Assembly (NCBI RefSeq): GCF_001194135.2
Contig: NC_068995.1
Location: forward strand, 20,843,801-20,896,721
Direction of reading: 5' to 3'
DNA from: Octopus bimaculoides
Lineage: Eukaryota
DNA length: 52,921 nt
The notes beneath the pieces are model-generated. The model was given only the letters and a program-made list of their open reading frames with translations, was not told where the DNA came from and made no database searches. The position numbers and the translations under genes were made by a program. Positions 10,105 to 25,380 of this stretch are shown here, one piece after another. Every line of letters starts with the position of its first letter. Position 1 is the stretch's first letter.

Positions 10105-12503
10105 TGTGTATATATATATATATATANNNNNNNNNNNNNNNNNNNNNNNNNNNNNNNNNNNNNNNNNNNNNNNNNNNNNNNNNNNNNNNNNNNNNNNNNN
10201 NNNNNNNNNNNNNNNNNNNNNNNNNNNNNNNNNNNNNNNNNNNNNNNNNNNNNNNNNNNNNNNNNNNNNNNNNNNNNNNNNNNNNNNNNNNNNNNNNNNN
10301 NNNNNNNNNNNNNNNNNNNNNNNNNNNNNNNNNNNNNNNNNNNNNNNNNNNNNNNNNNNNNNNNNNNNNNNNNNNNNNNNNNNNNNNNNNNNNNNNNNNN
10401 NNNNNNNNNNNNNNNNNNNNNNNNNNNNNNNNNNNNNNNNNNNNNNNNNNNNNNNNNNNNNNNNNNNNNNNNNNNNNNNNNNNNNNNNNNNNNNNNNNNN
10501 NNNNNNNNNNNNNNNNNNNNNNNNNNNNNNNNNNNNNNNNNNNNNNNNNNNNNNNNNNNNNNNNNNNNNNNNNNNNNNNNNNNNNNNNNNNNNNNNNNNN
10601 NNNNNNNNNNNNNNNNNNNNNNNNNNNNNNNNNNNNNNNNNNNNNNNNNNNNNNNNNNNNNNNNNNNNNNNNNNNNNNNNNNNNNNNNNNNNNNNNNNNN
10701 NNNNNNNNNNNNNNNNNNNNNNNNNNNNNNNNNNNNNNNNNNNNNNNNNNNNNNNNNNNNNNNNNNNNNNNNNNNNNNNNNNNNNNNNNNNNNNNNNNNN
10801 NNNNNNNNNNNNNNNNNNNNNNNNNNNNNNNNNNNNNNNATATATGCTTGCTAATACATGACCTACGTTGGACACCTCATTTGCATCATTATCGAACCTA
10901 GAGCTTAACTATAGTCTGTCCATAGCACTTACTCAGCATTACCTGATACCTTTTCTGTCTTCTTGGCACCAATACCTCTCATACCCTATATATATATATA
11001 TACATATAGATAGATACATAGATAGAGATAGATAGATGTGTCTGTATGGTTATGTGTGCGTGTGTGCATGTGTTGTTTGTGTGTACATGCTTCTAACTCC
11101 TTTTACAACCAAATGCAGAGTTTTTATAAATATTTGTACCCAGAATATTGTGTTAAGTTACTTTTGAATAAGAAAGGTAGAAAAAAAATCACTGATATTG
11201 TTTCTATTCCTAGCCTTCAAGATGGATCTAAAGAGGGGAAAAAATTGTCCTCATATCGGAAGACTACCATCCTGAGTGTCTGCGATCAAGTAAACTCCAC
11301 TAAGTACGTTCCCGTGTTGTTAGACCGGGCAACAAATTAATTCAAGAAAAAAGCATCCCTTCGACGGGATTTCCGGAAGGATTCCTCATAACTGACTATA
11401 TTAGTAAATATATATGAGGAAGGGGCGGCGTAATGTATGATATATATATCGGAATTTTGTATGCTGTATATCCTGATTGATATTCTCCAATTTGTACAAA
11501 ATCATCGACCAACTTGAATACGAAATGAACAACATCAATGAATTAAATACAGCCTAACAATTTTGTATTATATGAACAGAGAAAGGTAATTTAGTCATTT
11601 GATAAACGAAGATCGATAAAATAACTACCAGACAGAAATAAATATTACAGTCGATATGATCGGCTGAAATCATTGAAGATGGTTGCCTCCAGAATGGTCG
11701 CCTTTTAATATCTAAAAACTGTGAAAGAATAAAAGTATAAAAGAGTCGACCCTCTCCAAAGAACGATGTTAATAAAGGTAACGAGTCTGTTTGTAGCACT
11801 AATGAGGAGATTATCGTCTATGCAATTTTGTATACCATCATCAAACATCGTACTACTAATTACCGTGTGTTTGTTTATATAGAAAGAGCAACATGCTAAA
11901 TGCAGTCTGATTGTTGCATTAAATATTCTGTGAATCATTTTCGAATCATCAGCATCGAACTGAAAACTGTTTGTTGGCATGGAAACTAACTTGTTGAAAA
12001 GGTTGCATATGATGTGAGGATGTGATAATCACACAGACACAGTTACCCTCATACACACATACATACACACGCATACACACATACACGTACATCCATACAA
12101 GCAACCGTGTACATCCGTATAAGCATATACAGATACACTTGCACACGTACACCCTCGTATACACAGGCGTGCAACACTGACAAACACCTATATCAACGCG
12201 CATACACAAGAACATACAACACAAGTAAGCGCACAAGCACACATACATGCGTGCGCACACACACAGACGCAAGCACACACACACATACACATAAATATGT
12301 GTGTTCATGGATACATACATACACATACATAATATACATACACTTGCATACACGCATAATTTTTCTAGATAAATGATAACAGACAAAAGATCAGAGAATG
12401 ATGTCACTGTTAAAGAGCAACAACAGCTACTGAGTTCTCAATGAAATGACATTTGTTATAGAAAAATATATTCAGAAATGTGCGCGCGTATATGTCTGTA
12501 AGT

Positions 12504-12505
<2 letters not shown>

Positions 12506-12550
<45 letters not shown>
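12506..12550. repeat. (TG)n microsatellite
   Basis: Read directly. Confidence 0.95.
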
Positions 12551-12553
<3 letters not shown>

Positions 12554-12947
12554 TATACTTGTTGACACCAAGCGAATGCAATGGATGACGTATTGAGATT
12601 TTCAATAGATGAGACGCGAGTTCAAAAGAGCTGTTTGTCCTTTCGTTGCTGTGAATCTTTAACCTTGTCTTGTATCACACTTCAGGTAACAGAATACGTA
12701 GAGGCATTAACGAACTAATTAGCATTGCAATAGAACGCTTAAATACACTGAAATAGGAATGAAGTGAGATAAGATAAGAATACGAAAAAAATTGCGTGGG
12801 AGGGAGTAAAACAGCGAAAATGGAGAGGAAGGGGCTGTACTACTTATTTCTTCAGCAAAACAGAGATTACGGTGACCTGTCGGAGAAACGAGTCGTGCCA
12901 GGTGGAGTGGCTGTTGCAGCGAATGTCGTTGAGAAGAGAAGAGAAAC

Positions 12948-12948
12948 C

Positions 12949-12998
<50 letters not shown>

Positions 12999-13014
12999 CA
13001 TACATACATACATA
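12948..13014. repeat. (GATA)n-(CATA)n tetranucleotide array
   Basis: Read directly. Preceded by agagaagagaaaccta. Confidence 0.95.
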
Positions 13015-13946
13015 CCTTGTTTTGAGCTCTGATCGAACTAATACACTATCAGCAGTATTCCAACAGTAGCCATTTCATATTGTCCTGCTTATCTATTCTA
13101 ATAGTACATAATAGATTGTTTCATTTTGAAGTCGGTGTAAATGATTTGAGAGGAATTTGGTTTCCAATCCAAACGACAGTATGTACGATCATTTCTTGAT
13201 TTAACACTTATTTTGTAGCAGTTGTTTAACCACGGGCCAACAGTTACCAACAAAGTCTTTATTCAAAAGCCTTCAAGTCATGACTAACTCATATTTTTTT
13301 ATATATCAATTATTATTCAGTTTGTCTTCACCTTTTCAAGCAGTTAGGTGTAATTTGACTGCGATATGACTGCTATTTCTGATGGGGCGAATGACGATTT
13401 ACATCCTCTGTCTATGTCCTACAATTCATTTAGTTATGTTCTAGGTGGGAAAACTTAACACTTGATCTCAGGGTTTGATTAATGAGATTTTATTTATGAT
13501 TGATATATCCTTATTAACGTCTTAGGTAAATTGTACGCCATTAGAAAAACTATCCCTTTGAAATAGTATATATGATTTGTTACATCATTTTCATTCATCA
13601 TATGCCGATGAAAACCTACGGTGTACATTTGCTGAACTTTTCAAAACGCATGAATATCTTATTCGTTCCACTAATATACCCACTCTGATTAACTGAAGCA
13701 AATCCACAAAGCTACTAAGCAATATGGGATAGTAAATAAAGACATTTCTTTATGTCTAGTCAACTGAAGCTGTAAGTTCAGTCTTTCGTCACTTACCTGA
13801 AATTTTATAAACCCCTCTAACCTCTTAGCAAATGACTCATACATGTAGTTTTATAAGTCTTCTTTTGGGGTTTGAACTTACGTTGTGCTCGTATAGATCT
13901 GAAGTTTTAACTGGTACATACATACATACATACATACATACATACA

Positions 13947-14686
<740 letters not shown>

Positions 14687-16363
14687 CTAAATATGTATGC
14701 GCATGTCTGGACATGCAAGTTTATGCATGAGAATACACATATTAATAAAATCATAAAAGTCAGCACAGGTACTGACTCCAAATACTGAACGCAGACACAC
14801 AAACGTACACAGATACGTTGCTGACGTTGTTGAAATTCGAATGAAGGGGCCTTGGATGTTGGTTACAAACCAACTCTTTCTCTATTTAGCTATTGGTAAG
14901 ACATTTTTAAATAAAATTGAATAAAGATAGACACACACATACACATACGTACATGTATGTGAGTTTATGAAGTTTAATGGTTACTTAATTTCTTAAACGG
15001 GTGTATTACTTTTTTGTCGAACCCATCTTATCCTATCATTGAGATGACATCGAGTCGTATAGAAAGCTAACACACTTATTGTGTGTAACCTGTTTCTCTT
15101 ACACATAATATAGCAAACATATATTCTTCCAGCATGAGTTACTATCATCTAATTTATGAGGTATTTAGCTAATACATAACCAAGGTCATAAATATATGTT
15201 GAGGTGTAAGCCTCAACATAAAATGAGTATTTATAATGAATATAATACAACTCTGTTTCCATTTCACTCCGTTTATATGAGCTTAGTGATGTTTAAATGT
15301 GTATAACACTGAACACAAACACTAAATCTACTATTCAACCTACTGATTTATTCTTAGTGGAAAGAAGTGAGAAGAGAAAGTGGCAACGCAGAAATATCTT
15401 AACAGAATACTAATACAACAACGAAGTAAGAGCCTCTAAGTGCTGTTATCTCGTAGTTAATAGAACCTTATTTTCCATTACTGTAATATCTTCATATTTC
15501 TCCAGGCTAATGTCTACTACCTTTCATTGTACGAAACTATGTAATCGTCTACACTAAATTAGATTAAACGAACAAGAATCGAATCACGTTAGCAAGAGTA
15601 TATGTAGTGTCTGAAACAATATACCAAAGAACAAGCCGTCTGTATCTTCAACTTATGTTCCCTTTAAGAGCTTAAAGATATGGTAAACGATATTACAAAC
15701 GCCATCAAACTCATATTACATTATATTGTAGAAAAATCTAGTTTCGATGCGGTCCCTCTAACTGATAAAAATACCTGAGAAATCTCCCTTAAATCTCCTA
15801 ACTCCCTTAAGTAGTACTCATAGTACTAGATGTGTTATCTGGAAAAAGAAGAAAAAAAAAACAAGTGAAAAAAAAGAAAGAAATGTTTGAATGGTTACCG
15901 CTGGGATACGTTCGTTCACAAGTTAGCTCGTTCAAGGCTGATGCTGGGCAACATTACAACAGCAACAGTAGCAGCAGCAGCAAGAAAACAACAACAACAA
16001 CAAAAGCATAACAACAACAGTATTATGAAAATGTACACTAGCAACGGATTTGTGCAAACATTTAACACTGAATATACATATATACATATATATAGGTATA
16101 TATNNNNNNNNNNNNNNNNNNNNNNNNNNNNNNNNNNNNNNNNNNNNNNNNNNNNNNNNNNNNNNNNNNNNNNNNNNNNNNNNNNNNNNNNNNNNNNNNN
16201 NNNNNNNNNNNNNNNNNNNNNNNNNNNNNNNNNNNNNNNNNNNNNNNNNNNNNNNNNNNNNNNNNNNNNNNNNNNNNNNNNNNNNNNNNNNNNNNNNNNN
16301 NNNNNNNNNNNNNNNNNNNNNNNNNNNNNNNNNNNNNNNNNNNNNNNNNNNNTATATATGTAT

Positions 16364-16448
<85 letters not shown>

Positions 16449-17627
16449 AAGTCTTAAGCTACCGACTATACAACTAAGATGATGAATAGGTGTAAACTGA
16501 CATGATAAACCATTGCAATGTTGTTGGCTCATTCAAGAATTATGAAAACATATATTCTCTTGGGTGATATTAAAATTTAAGGTAAATGTATATGCGTTCT
16601 TCACATTGGTTTGTCAAGTATAAACATGGAATATATCGTATTTTGAGTACACTCACACACACCCACATTTGGTGGAAGTATACCATGAATTTAGGTAAAT
16701 AAAGGGATTATGTACTGAATGATGTATGCAAGAATAATTAATCAAAATGAAATAATTAATTGAAATTTGGCTTTCACTTTGAGAAAGAAAATAAAAGCCT
16801 GATGGTAATTTCGTGCGTCTCTCTAATAGATGGAAAGTTAATTAGTTGAAATTAAAAATTCATTTCTGAAAACAATTTTACATATTCAGGAGAGGAAATC
16901 CGACATCTGTTTGCAAACAAGCGACACAGTTGCAAACACGTTTTCTACTTAAATCTTATTAGCTTAATATTCTTTTCAAATTGGTTTTGAAGAGTTAACA
17001 ACAAATTTTGTATATGGAAAAGAAGTTAGGAATATTTTTGTCCAGTAATAATTTGCAAAATAAGAAAAAAAAAATTACATAAATATTAATCAATTGAGGC
17101 CAAAAGAAAAAATTTAGTTCTATACACTATCTTAAATAGTTGCTTATTCGTAAGTTCGGATTGTTGTCTAAAATAGGAATGACGTTTTAAGCGAAAAGCT
17201 TTAATTTCTGATTTTCTAAAATTAGAAATGTGAACAGAATCATGTTAAATGTTTGACTCAGTTCAAAACTGAAAGGGTTGTGTCAGTATAAAACCACTGA
17301 ACGATATTTTAATAGACAAACTCGGTCAAACTAAAATCGTATTTGTTATAACTAAATCAAATTATCTCAGTGTAAAGCTGCAAATCTGCCGCCTGACTGA
17401 CTAATATACAAATCCCTTCCTCTCCTTACCTCACTCCCACTCTCTCATGCAATCTTTCTACATACATACACAAACATACAAATACATACAAACTTATATA
17501 GATACATCAACACATTCATCAAAATACATTTTCATACCTCATATTGTATATTAATGTGCAAGTACATTTCTGACTGTTGCGTGTATACATATATCCACGC
17601 ATATGTAATATATACATACGTACGCAC

Positions 17628-17660
<33 letters not shown>

Positions 17661-19000
17661 NNNNNNNNNNNNNNNNNNNNNNNNNNNNNNNNNNNNNNNN
17701 NNNNNNNNNNNNNNNNNNNNNNNNNNNNNNNNNNNNNNNNNNNNNNNNNNNNNNNNNNNNNNNNNNNNNNNNNNNNNNNNNNNNNNNNNNNNNNNNNNNN
17801 NNNNNNNNNNNNNNNNNNNNNNNNNNNNNNNNNNNNNNNNNNNNNNNNNNNNNNNNNNNNNNNNNNNNNNNNNNNNNNNNNNNNNNNNNNNNNNNNNNNN
17901 NNNNNNNNNNNNNNNNNNNNNNNNNNNNNNNNNNNNNNNNNNNNNNNNNNNNNNNNNNNNNNNNNNNNNNNNNNNNNNNNNNNNNNNNNNNNNNNNNNNN
18001 NNNNNNNNNNNNNNNNNNNNNNNNNNNNNNNNNNNNNNNNNNNNNNNNNNNNNNNNNNNNNNNNNNNNNNNNNNNNNNNNNNNNNNNNNNNNNNNNNNNN
18101 NNNNNNNNNNNNNNNNNNNNNNNNNNNNNNNNNNNNNNNNNNNNNNNNNNNNNNNNNNNNNNNNNNNNNNNNNNNNNNNNNNNNNNNNNNNNNNNNNNNN
18201 NNNNNNNNNNNNNNNNNNNNNNNNNNNNNNNNNNNNNNNNNNNNNNNNNNNNNNNNNNNNNNNNNNNNNNNNNNNNNNNNNNNNNNNNNNNNNNNNNNNN
18301 NNNNNNNNNNNNNNNNNNNNNNNNNNNNNNNNNNNNNNNNNNNNGTGTGTGTGTGTGTGTGTGTGGTGGGGCGGAGTTTGTTTGTGTATCTTGAAATACA
18401 TGGATGTCTGGAAAACTTACACTTGAAAGGATCCGAGCCGCCATGATTGCTGGAGAAAAATATGCAAATATGGAGGACAACATATGTTATAGAGAAGAAA
18501 GCTGTGTTGGAACATGGAAGAGATGTAGACTTCTCAAGTGTGTGTATGAACAAAAGAAGAATAAATAAATATATACTGTAAATGATTTATCTTTTTAAAA
18601 CAAACCCTAATACAAGTTGAAAGAGAATCATTATGGTAAAACTTAGAATATATTGGAAGAGAATATGCTTAGACATGTATTATGTATGAGAGATCGAATG
18701 TAAAATATACTGCAAACTCCATGCATATGTGATTCAATATAAGTGTCTGTACACGGACGCATACAAATATACATTTACCCATACACAAACACAAACACAA
18801 ATTTGAATTGGTTTGAAGTTGCGTACAAGTGGATTTACGTATCATATACGTAAATTTATATTACAGTATGTTTACAAAGACACATACAATATGTATATAT
18901 ATATATATATATATATACATACATAAACGTATATGTGTATATATTTTATGCATATTCGTCTATATGTATATGTACATATGTATGTGTGTTGGTGTCTATG

Positions 19001-19056
<56 letters not shown>

Positions 19057-19207
19057 GTCAAACACATAGAAACACACGCACACCCAAACATTTATTTATT
19101 ACAGACGCATACATAAACACACGCCCAGAGATATACATGGGAGTGCGTGACGCGTGTGTCTATGTGTATATCTATTCATAAAATTTAAAAAAGACAAAGG
19201 TTCTTCA

Positions 19208-19259
19208 TCAGTTTCGACGATGTATATTTTCTTCTTCGATCAACTGGTTTCTCCAGTCA
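19208..19259 (-). CDS. Speculative terminal coding exon, (R)DWRNQLIEEENIHRRN*
   Basis: Acceptor cttcatctatatttcAG at 19261-19260. Only one phase is open for more than five codons. AATAAA lies about 110 nt past the stop. No homology recognised. Confidence 0.15.
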
Positions 19260-19394
19260 CTGAAATATAGATGAAGCAGTTGATTGAGCCATTACCACCT
19301 TCACTATAAACGTAATTTCCAAGCAGAATGAGTATGACGCAAAGTGTATGTCAAAAGAGGCACTTAGAATTGTAGGTATAATGCATCTGTAAGA

Positions 19395-19460
19395 GTTCCA
19401 CACAGTTTCCGTCTATCCAGTTCCACTCACAAAGCTCTGAATGACCGGACTTTAGACTAT
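19395..19460 (-). mobile_element. Decayed SINE S1 central fragment
   Basis: Reverse complement agctttgtgagtggaactggatagacggaaactgtg matches S1 gccttgtgagcggatttggtagacggaaactga. Confidence 0.65.
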
Positions 19461-19928
19461 TTTAAATTGCAGAACTGAGATTTCAGTTACTACAACGTAA
19501 TATGCACATAGACCTCTATCCATACACACATGCAAACACAAACACGCTCTCACGCATGCCCCCCCCCACACACACACGTGTACACAAAGGTCTGTGTGTG
19601 TGTATATGTGTGTGTATCTCTGTGTATATTAATATATATATATATATATGTATATATANNNNNNNNNNNNNNNNNNNNNNNNNNNNNNNNNNNNNNNNNN
19701 NNNNNNNNNNNNNNNNNNNNNNNNNNNNNNNNNNNNNNNNNNNNNNNNNNNNNNNNNNNNNNNNNNNNNNNNNNNNNNNNNNNNNNNNNNNNNNNNNNNN
19801 NNNNNNNNNNNNNNNNNNNNNNNNNNNNNNNNNNNNNNNNNNNNNNNNNNNNNNNNNNNNNNNNNNNNNNNNNNNNNNTATATATATATTTGTTTGTTTT
19901 TTTTGTTTTTGTTATTGTGTTTTTGAAC

Positions 19929-19959
<31 letters not shown>

Positions 19960-20099
19960 TTACGCGTGTGTGAGTGTGTACAAATGTCTATCTGAATGGC
20001 TGTGTTTCAGGAACTTATAAACGTTTGAATGTAAAATCAAGCGAAGAATTACCCAGTAACGTAGAAGAGATGTAGTTGAATTCCTTTCTTGGAAGCTAA

Positions 20100-20928
20100 T
20101 AGAAATAGGTGTTACTTGTGCTGAAATTGACAAAAAGAAGGCATGCAAAATCAGCATGGGATAGAAAGAAAGCGCTTGAAGAAATGCGGTTCCATGGAAA
20201 GTTTCACAGTTGTATGAAAAATGGCCACTGAGTATGGAAGTTAGTTTTGAATAGAGAAACTGAGTGTTTGTTAATTGCTGTTTGAGGTCAAGCACAAATG
20301 CCAGATCTATAATCAACGTTGAATATCGCCTATGTGATAGGCGGGTGGAAACAATTGAGTATATTATAACAGGCTGCAAAGTGTTAGCTTCGAAGGAGTA
20401 CATGAACTTTCATAAATAGTTTTGTCTCAGGTTTTAATAAGTCATATTGTAACACCCACCAAAAAAAACAAAAAAAAACACAGATCATGATTGAGATACA
20501 ATCATCATATACCAGGAAAATACTAAATTAACATGGTAAACAAAAAATTCCATGGGATTTCCGCATCCAGATAGATGACTTGAATATGGCAGACGATATA
20601 GCAATATAAATGACTTTAGTAAAAAAAAAAAAAAAAACGAATTCCTCATGACTGAGGCTGCTATTCCTTCTGAGAAACCATTACAGATAAGGAAGCAGAA
20701 AAGAACTAAAAATACATATGCTTATCAAGATTGTAGTATGTACAGCAACTGACGTGAAAGTTGTAACAAATACCATCGGAGCATTAGATTCATCTGCCAA
20801 CGCACATAATCTGTTATTCCACCAGTACGGTTTGGACAGATAGGCGAATGCAGTACCAAATAATATTTTAGAAACGTACAGAAAAACCCGTAACACAATC
20901 TATAATTTATATCCGTAATATGGAATGT
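20100..20928 (+). mobile_element. Old R4/Dong-like element 3' region (zinc knuckle and RLE)
   Basis: RFHGKF / LNRETECLLIAV*GQA / YRLCDRRVETIEYIITGCKVLASKEY / WDFRIQID / EFLMTEAAIP / DKEAEK / DVKVVTNTIGAL in canonical order, followed by (GAT)n(AAT)n. Confidence 0.75.
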
Positions 20929-20952
20929 GATGATGATGATGATGATGATAAT

Positions 20953-21003
<51 letters not shown>
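20929..21003. repeat. (GAT)n-(AAT)n array between two R4-like fragments
   Basis: Read directly. Confidence 0.95.
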
Positions 21004-21004
<1 letters not shown>

Positions 21005-21039
21005 TAGAGCATAACTAACCGGATCTAGTAGTGGTAGTC

Positions 21040-21296
21040 AAGGTGCACCACATATGCCATATAGTTGATGTTGCATGCCCGTTTGACCCACGAATAGTCA
21101 AGAAGGAAAGCGAAAGAATAGATAAATACAACCCTCTTAAGTACAAAATAGTTCGGCTATGGAAAAGGAAGGAAGGTGAAGATAGTGCCAACTATTGATG
21201 GGTCCTTGGGAACAGTATCAGAAGTCATCAAAGAGGAATACAAAGGAAATTGGAACAGAGTGCCCGGTAGAACTGTTGCAAAAGATTTGGCGAGAG
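21040..21296 (+). mobile_element. R4/Dong-like RLE fragment (further lineage)
   Basis: CHIVDVACPFDPRIVKKESERIDKYNPLKYKIVRLW / VKIVPTIDGSLGTV / KEIGTECPVELLQK. Confidence 0.8.
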
Positions 21297-21304
21297 GGGA
21301 TAAA

Positions 21305-21373
21305 TCGATTGCATCAACCCAAGTGTTTCACTGGAACTTAATTTATCGACCCTGGAAGGATGAAAGACAAAAT
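21305..21373 (-). mobile_element. SINE S2 fragment cut by an assembly gap
   Basis: atcgattgcatcaaccc...ctggaacttaatttatcgaccctggaaggatgaaagacaaa is the reverse complement of the S2 body. Confidence 0.75.
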
Positions 21374-21522
21374 NNNNNNNNNNNNNNNNNNNNNNNNNNN
21401 NNNNNNNNNNNNNNNNNNNNNNNNNNNNNNNNNNNNNNNNNNNNNNNNNNNNNNNNNNNNNNNNNNNNNNNNNNNNNNNNNNNNNNNNNNNNNNNNNNNN
21501 NNNNNNNNNNNNNNNNTATATA

Positions 21523-22898
21523 TACTAGCTGGTGTATCCGGTAATTCTCGAGGGTAAAGATGTTCTATTTAAACGCCATATTACTCTGACATAAGAAAGC
21601 AATTTCGTTATAACTGCCACAAAAAGGTGTATTTTCCGTCACGAAAAAGTACAGACTGTCAGCTGGAGGAGGGAGAGATTGTTGGAGGTAGGCGAGAGAG
21701 GTTTTTCGGAGGTTGGTGAGAAAGGTTGTCGAAGGTTGGTGAGAGAGGTTATATAAATATATGAATGAAGTGTTTGAAGAAAGTGCAATTAATAACGTTC
21801 ACACTCATTGATGGTCGCTCTCAGTAACTGCCTTTAGCTTACGGAATTCTTGTTTTTATAACTATGGAAAAGCAGCCAGAAGGATAGACATATTCTTGAG
21901 AACAAATGATTTCGTTGGAGGTCTGTTATCTCCATTCCAGCTAGTGGTGGCCTAGAAGAGGTTAGAAGGATCAAGCGGCAAAGACATTATTCTGCATACC
22001 GAAGGCATCTGGGAAATGTATAACCGCTGTCATTCACAGAAAAACTAATGTTTTACCGTGAGAAAAGCGCTGTTGAAGTGTTAAGTGAAATTTGGCAATC
22101 CAGGATCGAATCCACGCTATGCCTGCATGAAGTCACAACAAATACGTTGTGGAATAAAACATTATCTACTGTCATGGAAAAAGTGTAACAGTAAAAATGC
22201 AGAATTATTGGAGTGATGGGCATTCAAAACAGTATGTAAGTATAGAAATGTATGAGTGAAGACTTAAGATTCAAATCAAGGAAGTGCAATAATATTGTTT
22301 AGCAGTTCAAAACTGTGAGTAGTGAAATGCAGAATTAAGTCGGCTGATCGTGAGAATCAAATATTGATCGCTTCGCTAAAAACTGCAGGTGGTATGGGTT
22401 ATTTTCATTGGGTTGTTTAAATAAAATATTAGTAATATGTAGTAGATAGACGGATCCATTGGAGGAGCCCTATTATCGATTTTTTCCAACAATTTGAGTA
22501 TGTCACAAGGTTTCCAGACATGAGTTCTACTCACGTGTCAAATAAAGTGATATTGTCTGCAAAAATTAGAAATTGAACAAACAAAAAAAATCAATATTGA
22601 AAGTAATAGAACATAAACAACGAAATGGATTATTTCCCTTGAGTGTTTAAAAATATTGTGCAGATGCTATGGGTTATTTCCCTTGGTTGTTTAAAAAAAA
22701 GTTAGTCATATGAGGTAGATATAAAGGTCCCTTCCAGGGGTCGTATTATCGATTTTTTCAACAATCAAAATATTCACGAGGTTTCCTCGTGACATACTCA
22801 CGTATCAAGTTTCATCAAAATCAATAAAACGATGTAGTAAGAGTTAGCTAATAACGCCACAAACAAACTCACACCGATTTTCCACATATGTAGTAGAT
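21523..22898 (+). mobile_element. Non-autonomous Helitron/Helentron-associated (HINE, Lep1-like) element
   Basis: 5' end TACTAGCT..tatccggtaattctcgaggg. 3' end caagtttcatcaaaatc...aacgatgtag...acaaacaaactcacaccgatttt...TAGTAGAT. Internal diverged direct repeat at about 22390-22540 and 22665-22810. Confidence 0.5.
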
Positions 22899-23464
22899 GT
22901 GTGTGTGTGTGTATACATATATATGTATGTAAGAGATGAAAAAATAAAACAAAAATAAGTTTTTAGTATGTTGGCCATGGGAATTTCTGTCAAAGAGATA
23001 TGGTTACACAAAGTTGTACATTATCTCCCTCTTTCTCTCACATAATTACTCTTTCTCTCTCTTTTATTATTCCTCCCACTGCTACCATCAACGCTACTAC
23101 TTTTGATAAAACATCATCAACTGTCCCTAAATTTCTTTGTCTCTCTTTCTCTCCCATTGTTTTTCTTTCTTTCTTTTCTTCTCTCTCTCTCTGTCTTCAC
23201 GTCTCTATGCCAACTATTACTCTCGCCCCATCATGAGGAACAGTAGGATTGTCATTGAATAGTGAGAAATGTGGTCTAAGTATAACACACTGACACACAG
23301 AAATTAGTTTACGCATTATATATATATATATTTATATATATATATATATATNNNNNNNNNNNNNNNNNNNNNNNNNNNNNNNNNNNNNNNNNNNNNNNNN
23401 NNNNNNNNNNNNNNNNNNNNNNNNNNNNNNNNNNNNNATGTATATAAATACAGACACAGGCATG

Positions 23465-23506
<42 letters not shown>

Positions 23507-24899
23507 GACACACTCATGCATACAACTTAGCTATTTGTTGTTTTACCCTACGAGTATTCTGTCTTTCGTCTATATCCATCAAACTAACATTTTAATCGCT
23601 CTCTCTTTCTTCCTCTATCTATCTCCTTATCTATCTGTCTGTCTAATCTATCTTTCAGTCAGGCAATGAATATATCTATCTTTCTATCAACGCGTGTGCA
23701 CACCTATACGTGTATAAGTAACTGAATGTATCTTTGTATTTGGAATATTCTTCCTTTATCTTTAAGCATCGAGTTTTATTTTGCCACCTCTTTCTTCTCA
23801 TGATATGAAGACACTGAGGCACGGGTAGATAAAAGTATAGGCGTGGGCACACATTTTCACACACATGTACACATACAAACACACACATTCACACACACAC
23901 AAACACAAACACACAAACACAAACACACACGTAAAATATGTATGTATATACGCATCTGTGTGTAAATATATATGGTAAGGTATACATAGATGTATGTGTT
24001 TGTGTGTTTATATATGTTTTATATATGAGTATGTGTAAATAAATCTATATGCGTACATGTGTGTGTATATATGTATTTACATATATGTATATGCGCATGT
24101 GTGCGGATCTATAGATATACATGAATATTTATATATATGTATATATATGTATATGTGTATACATGTGTGTGTATGAAAACTTGTGTGTACATATTTGTAT
24201 ATATGTCTGTATAGATATATATATATATATATATATATATANNNNNNNNNNNNNNNNNNNNNNNNNNNNNNNNNNNNNNNNNNNNNNNNNNNNNNNNNNN
24301 NNNNNNNNNNNNNNNNNNNNNNNNNNNNNNNNNNNNNNNNNNNNNNNNNNNNNNNNNNNNNNNNNNNNNNNNNNNNNNNNNNNNNNNNNNNNNNNNNNNN
24401 NNNNNNNNNNNNNNNNNNNNNNNNNNNNNNNNNNNNNNNNNNNNNNNNNNNNNNNNNNNNNNNNNNNNNNNNNNNNNNNNNNNNNNNNNNNNNNNNNNNN
24501 NNNNNNNNNNNNNNNNNNNNNNNNNNNNNNNNNNNNNNNNNNNNNNNNNNNNNNNNNNNNNNNNNNNNNNNNNNNNNNNNNNNNNNNNNNNNNNNNNNNN
24601 NNNNNNNNNNNNNNNNNNNNNNNNNNNNNNNNNNNNNNNNNNNNNNNNNNNNNNNNNNNNNNNNNNNNNNNNNNNNNNNNTATATATATATATATATATA
24701 TGTATGTATTTAAATACATACATACATACACACATATATATATATCTGCACATTCACACAAACTCATACACACACACACGCACGCACACATATTTATTAT
24801 GCAGACACGCAAGCACGCATAACATGTGAAACTGCTGAGATTTTTCACAGATAAAAAACAGTAATCAATCGTTACAAAGTTTTAGAAAGTAGGATTTCA

Positions 24900-25133
24900 A
24901 ACGAAATATAACTGTAACAACATCAACAACAACAACGGCAACATGAACAACAACAACTGCAGCAGCAGCAGCAGCAGGAGCAATAACAGTAATATCAACA
25001 ACGATGATATCAATGACAACAGCAATATCAACAACAATAACAACAACCAGAACAGAATCAATAACAACTGCCTGGTAACAAGGAAAAAAAACAAAGACAC
25101 TACAGCAACAACGCCATTAGTCACAACAACAGC

Positions 25134-25177
<44 letters not shown>
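24900..25177. repeat. Degenerate then pure (CAA)n/(CAG)n region
   Basis: Read directly. Confidence 0.85.
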
Positions 25178-25380
25178 AAATAAAATAAAAAATGAACGTC
25201 AGCAGACATATTACTACACCAGTAAACTGGTGTGATTACTTCCTTAACGGGATTTGCACGAAAGCATTCCACAGCTGAATCATCAAGAGAACACACTGTA
25301 TCTGTAGGACACCATCTATCATAATATAATATCTTTCATCTCTAACCTTCCACACAAACAATATGCATATATATGTCTGC

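Noticed and set aside
11939-11952. CTGATGA-TTC-GAAA on the minus strand as a hammerhead
   Set aside because: There is no room for stem II and no stem I.
12856-12950. Plus-strand exon after tacttatttcttcAG
   Set aside because: Weak donor, no recognisable peptide, and it abuts a repeat junction.
15508-15545. Plus-strand micro-exon ANVYYLSLYET
   Set aside because: The acceptor-like tract is common in this composition and there is no partner exon or homology.
18385-18570. Open frame WMSGKLTLERIRAAMIAGEKYANMEDNIC...
   Set aside because: No splice or start signal. At best a faint RTE-like resemblance, too weak to call.
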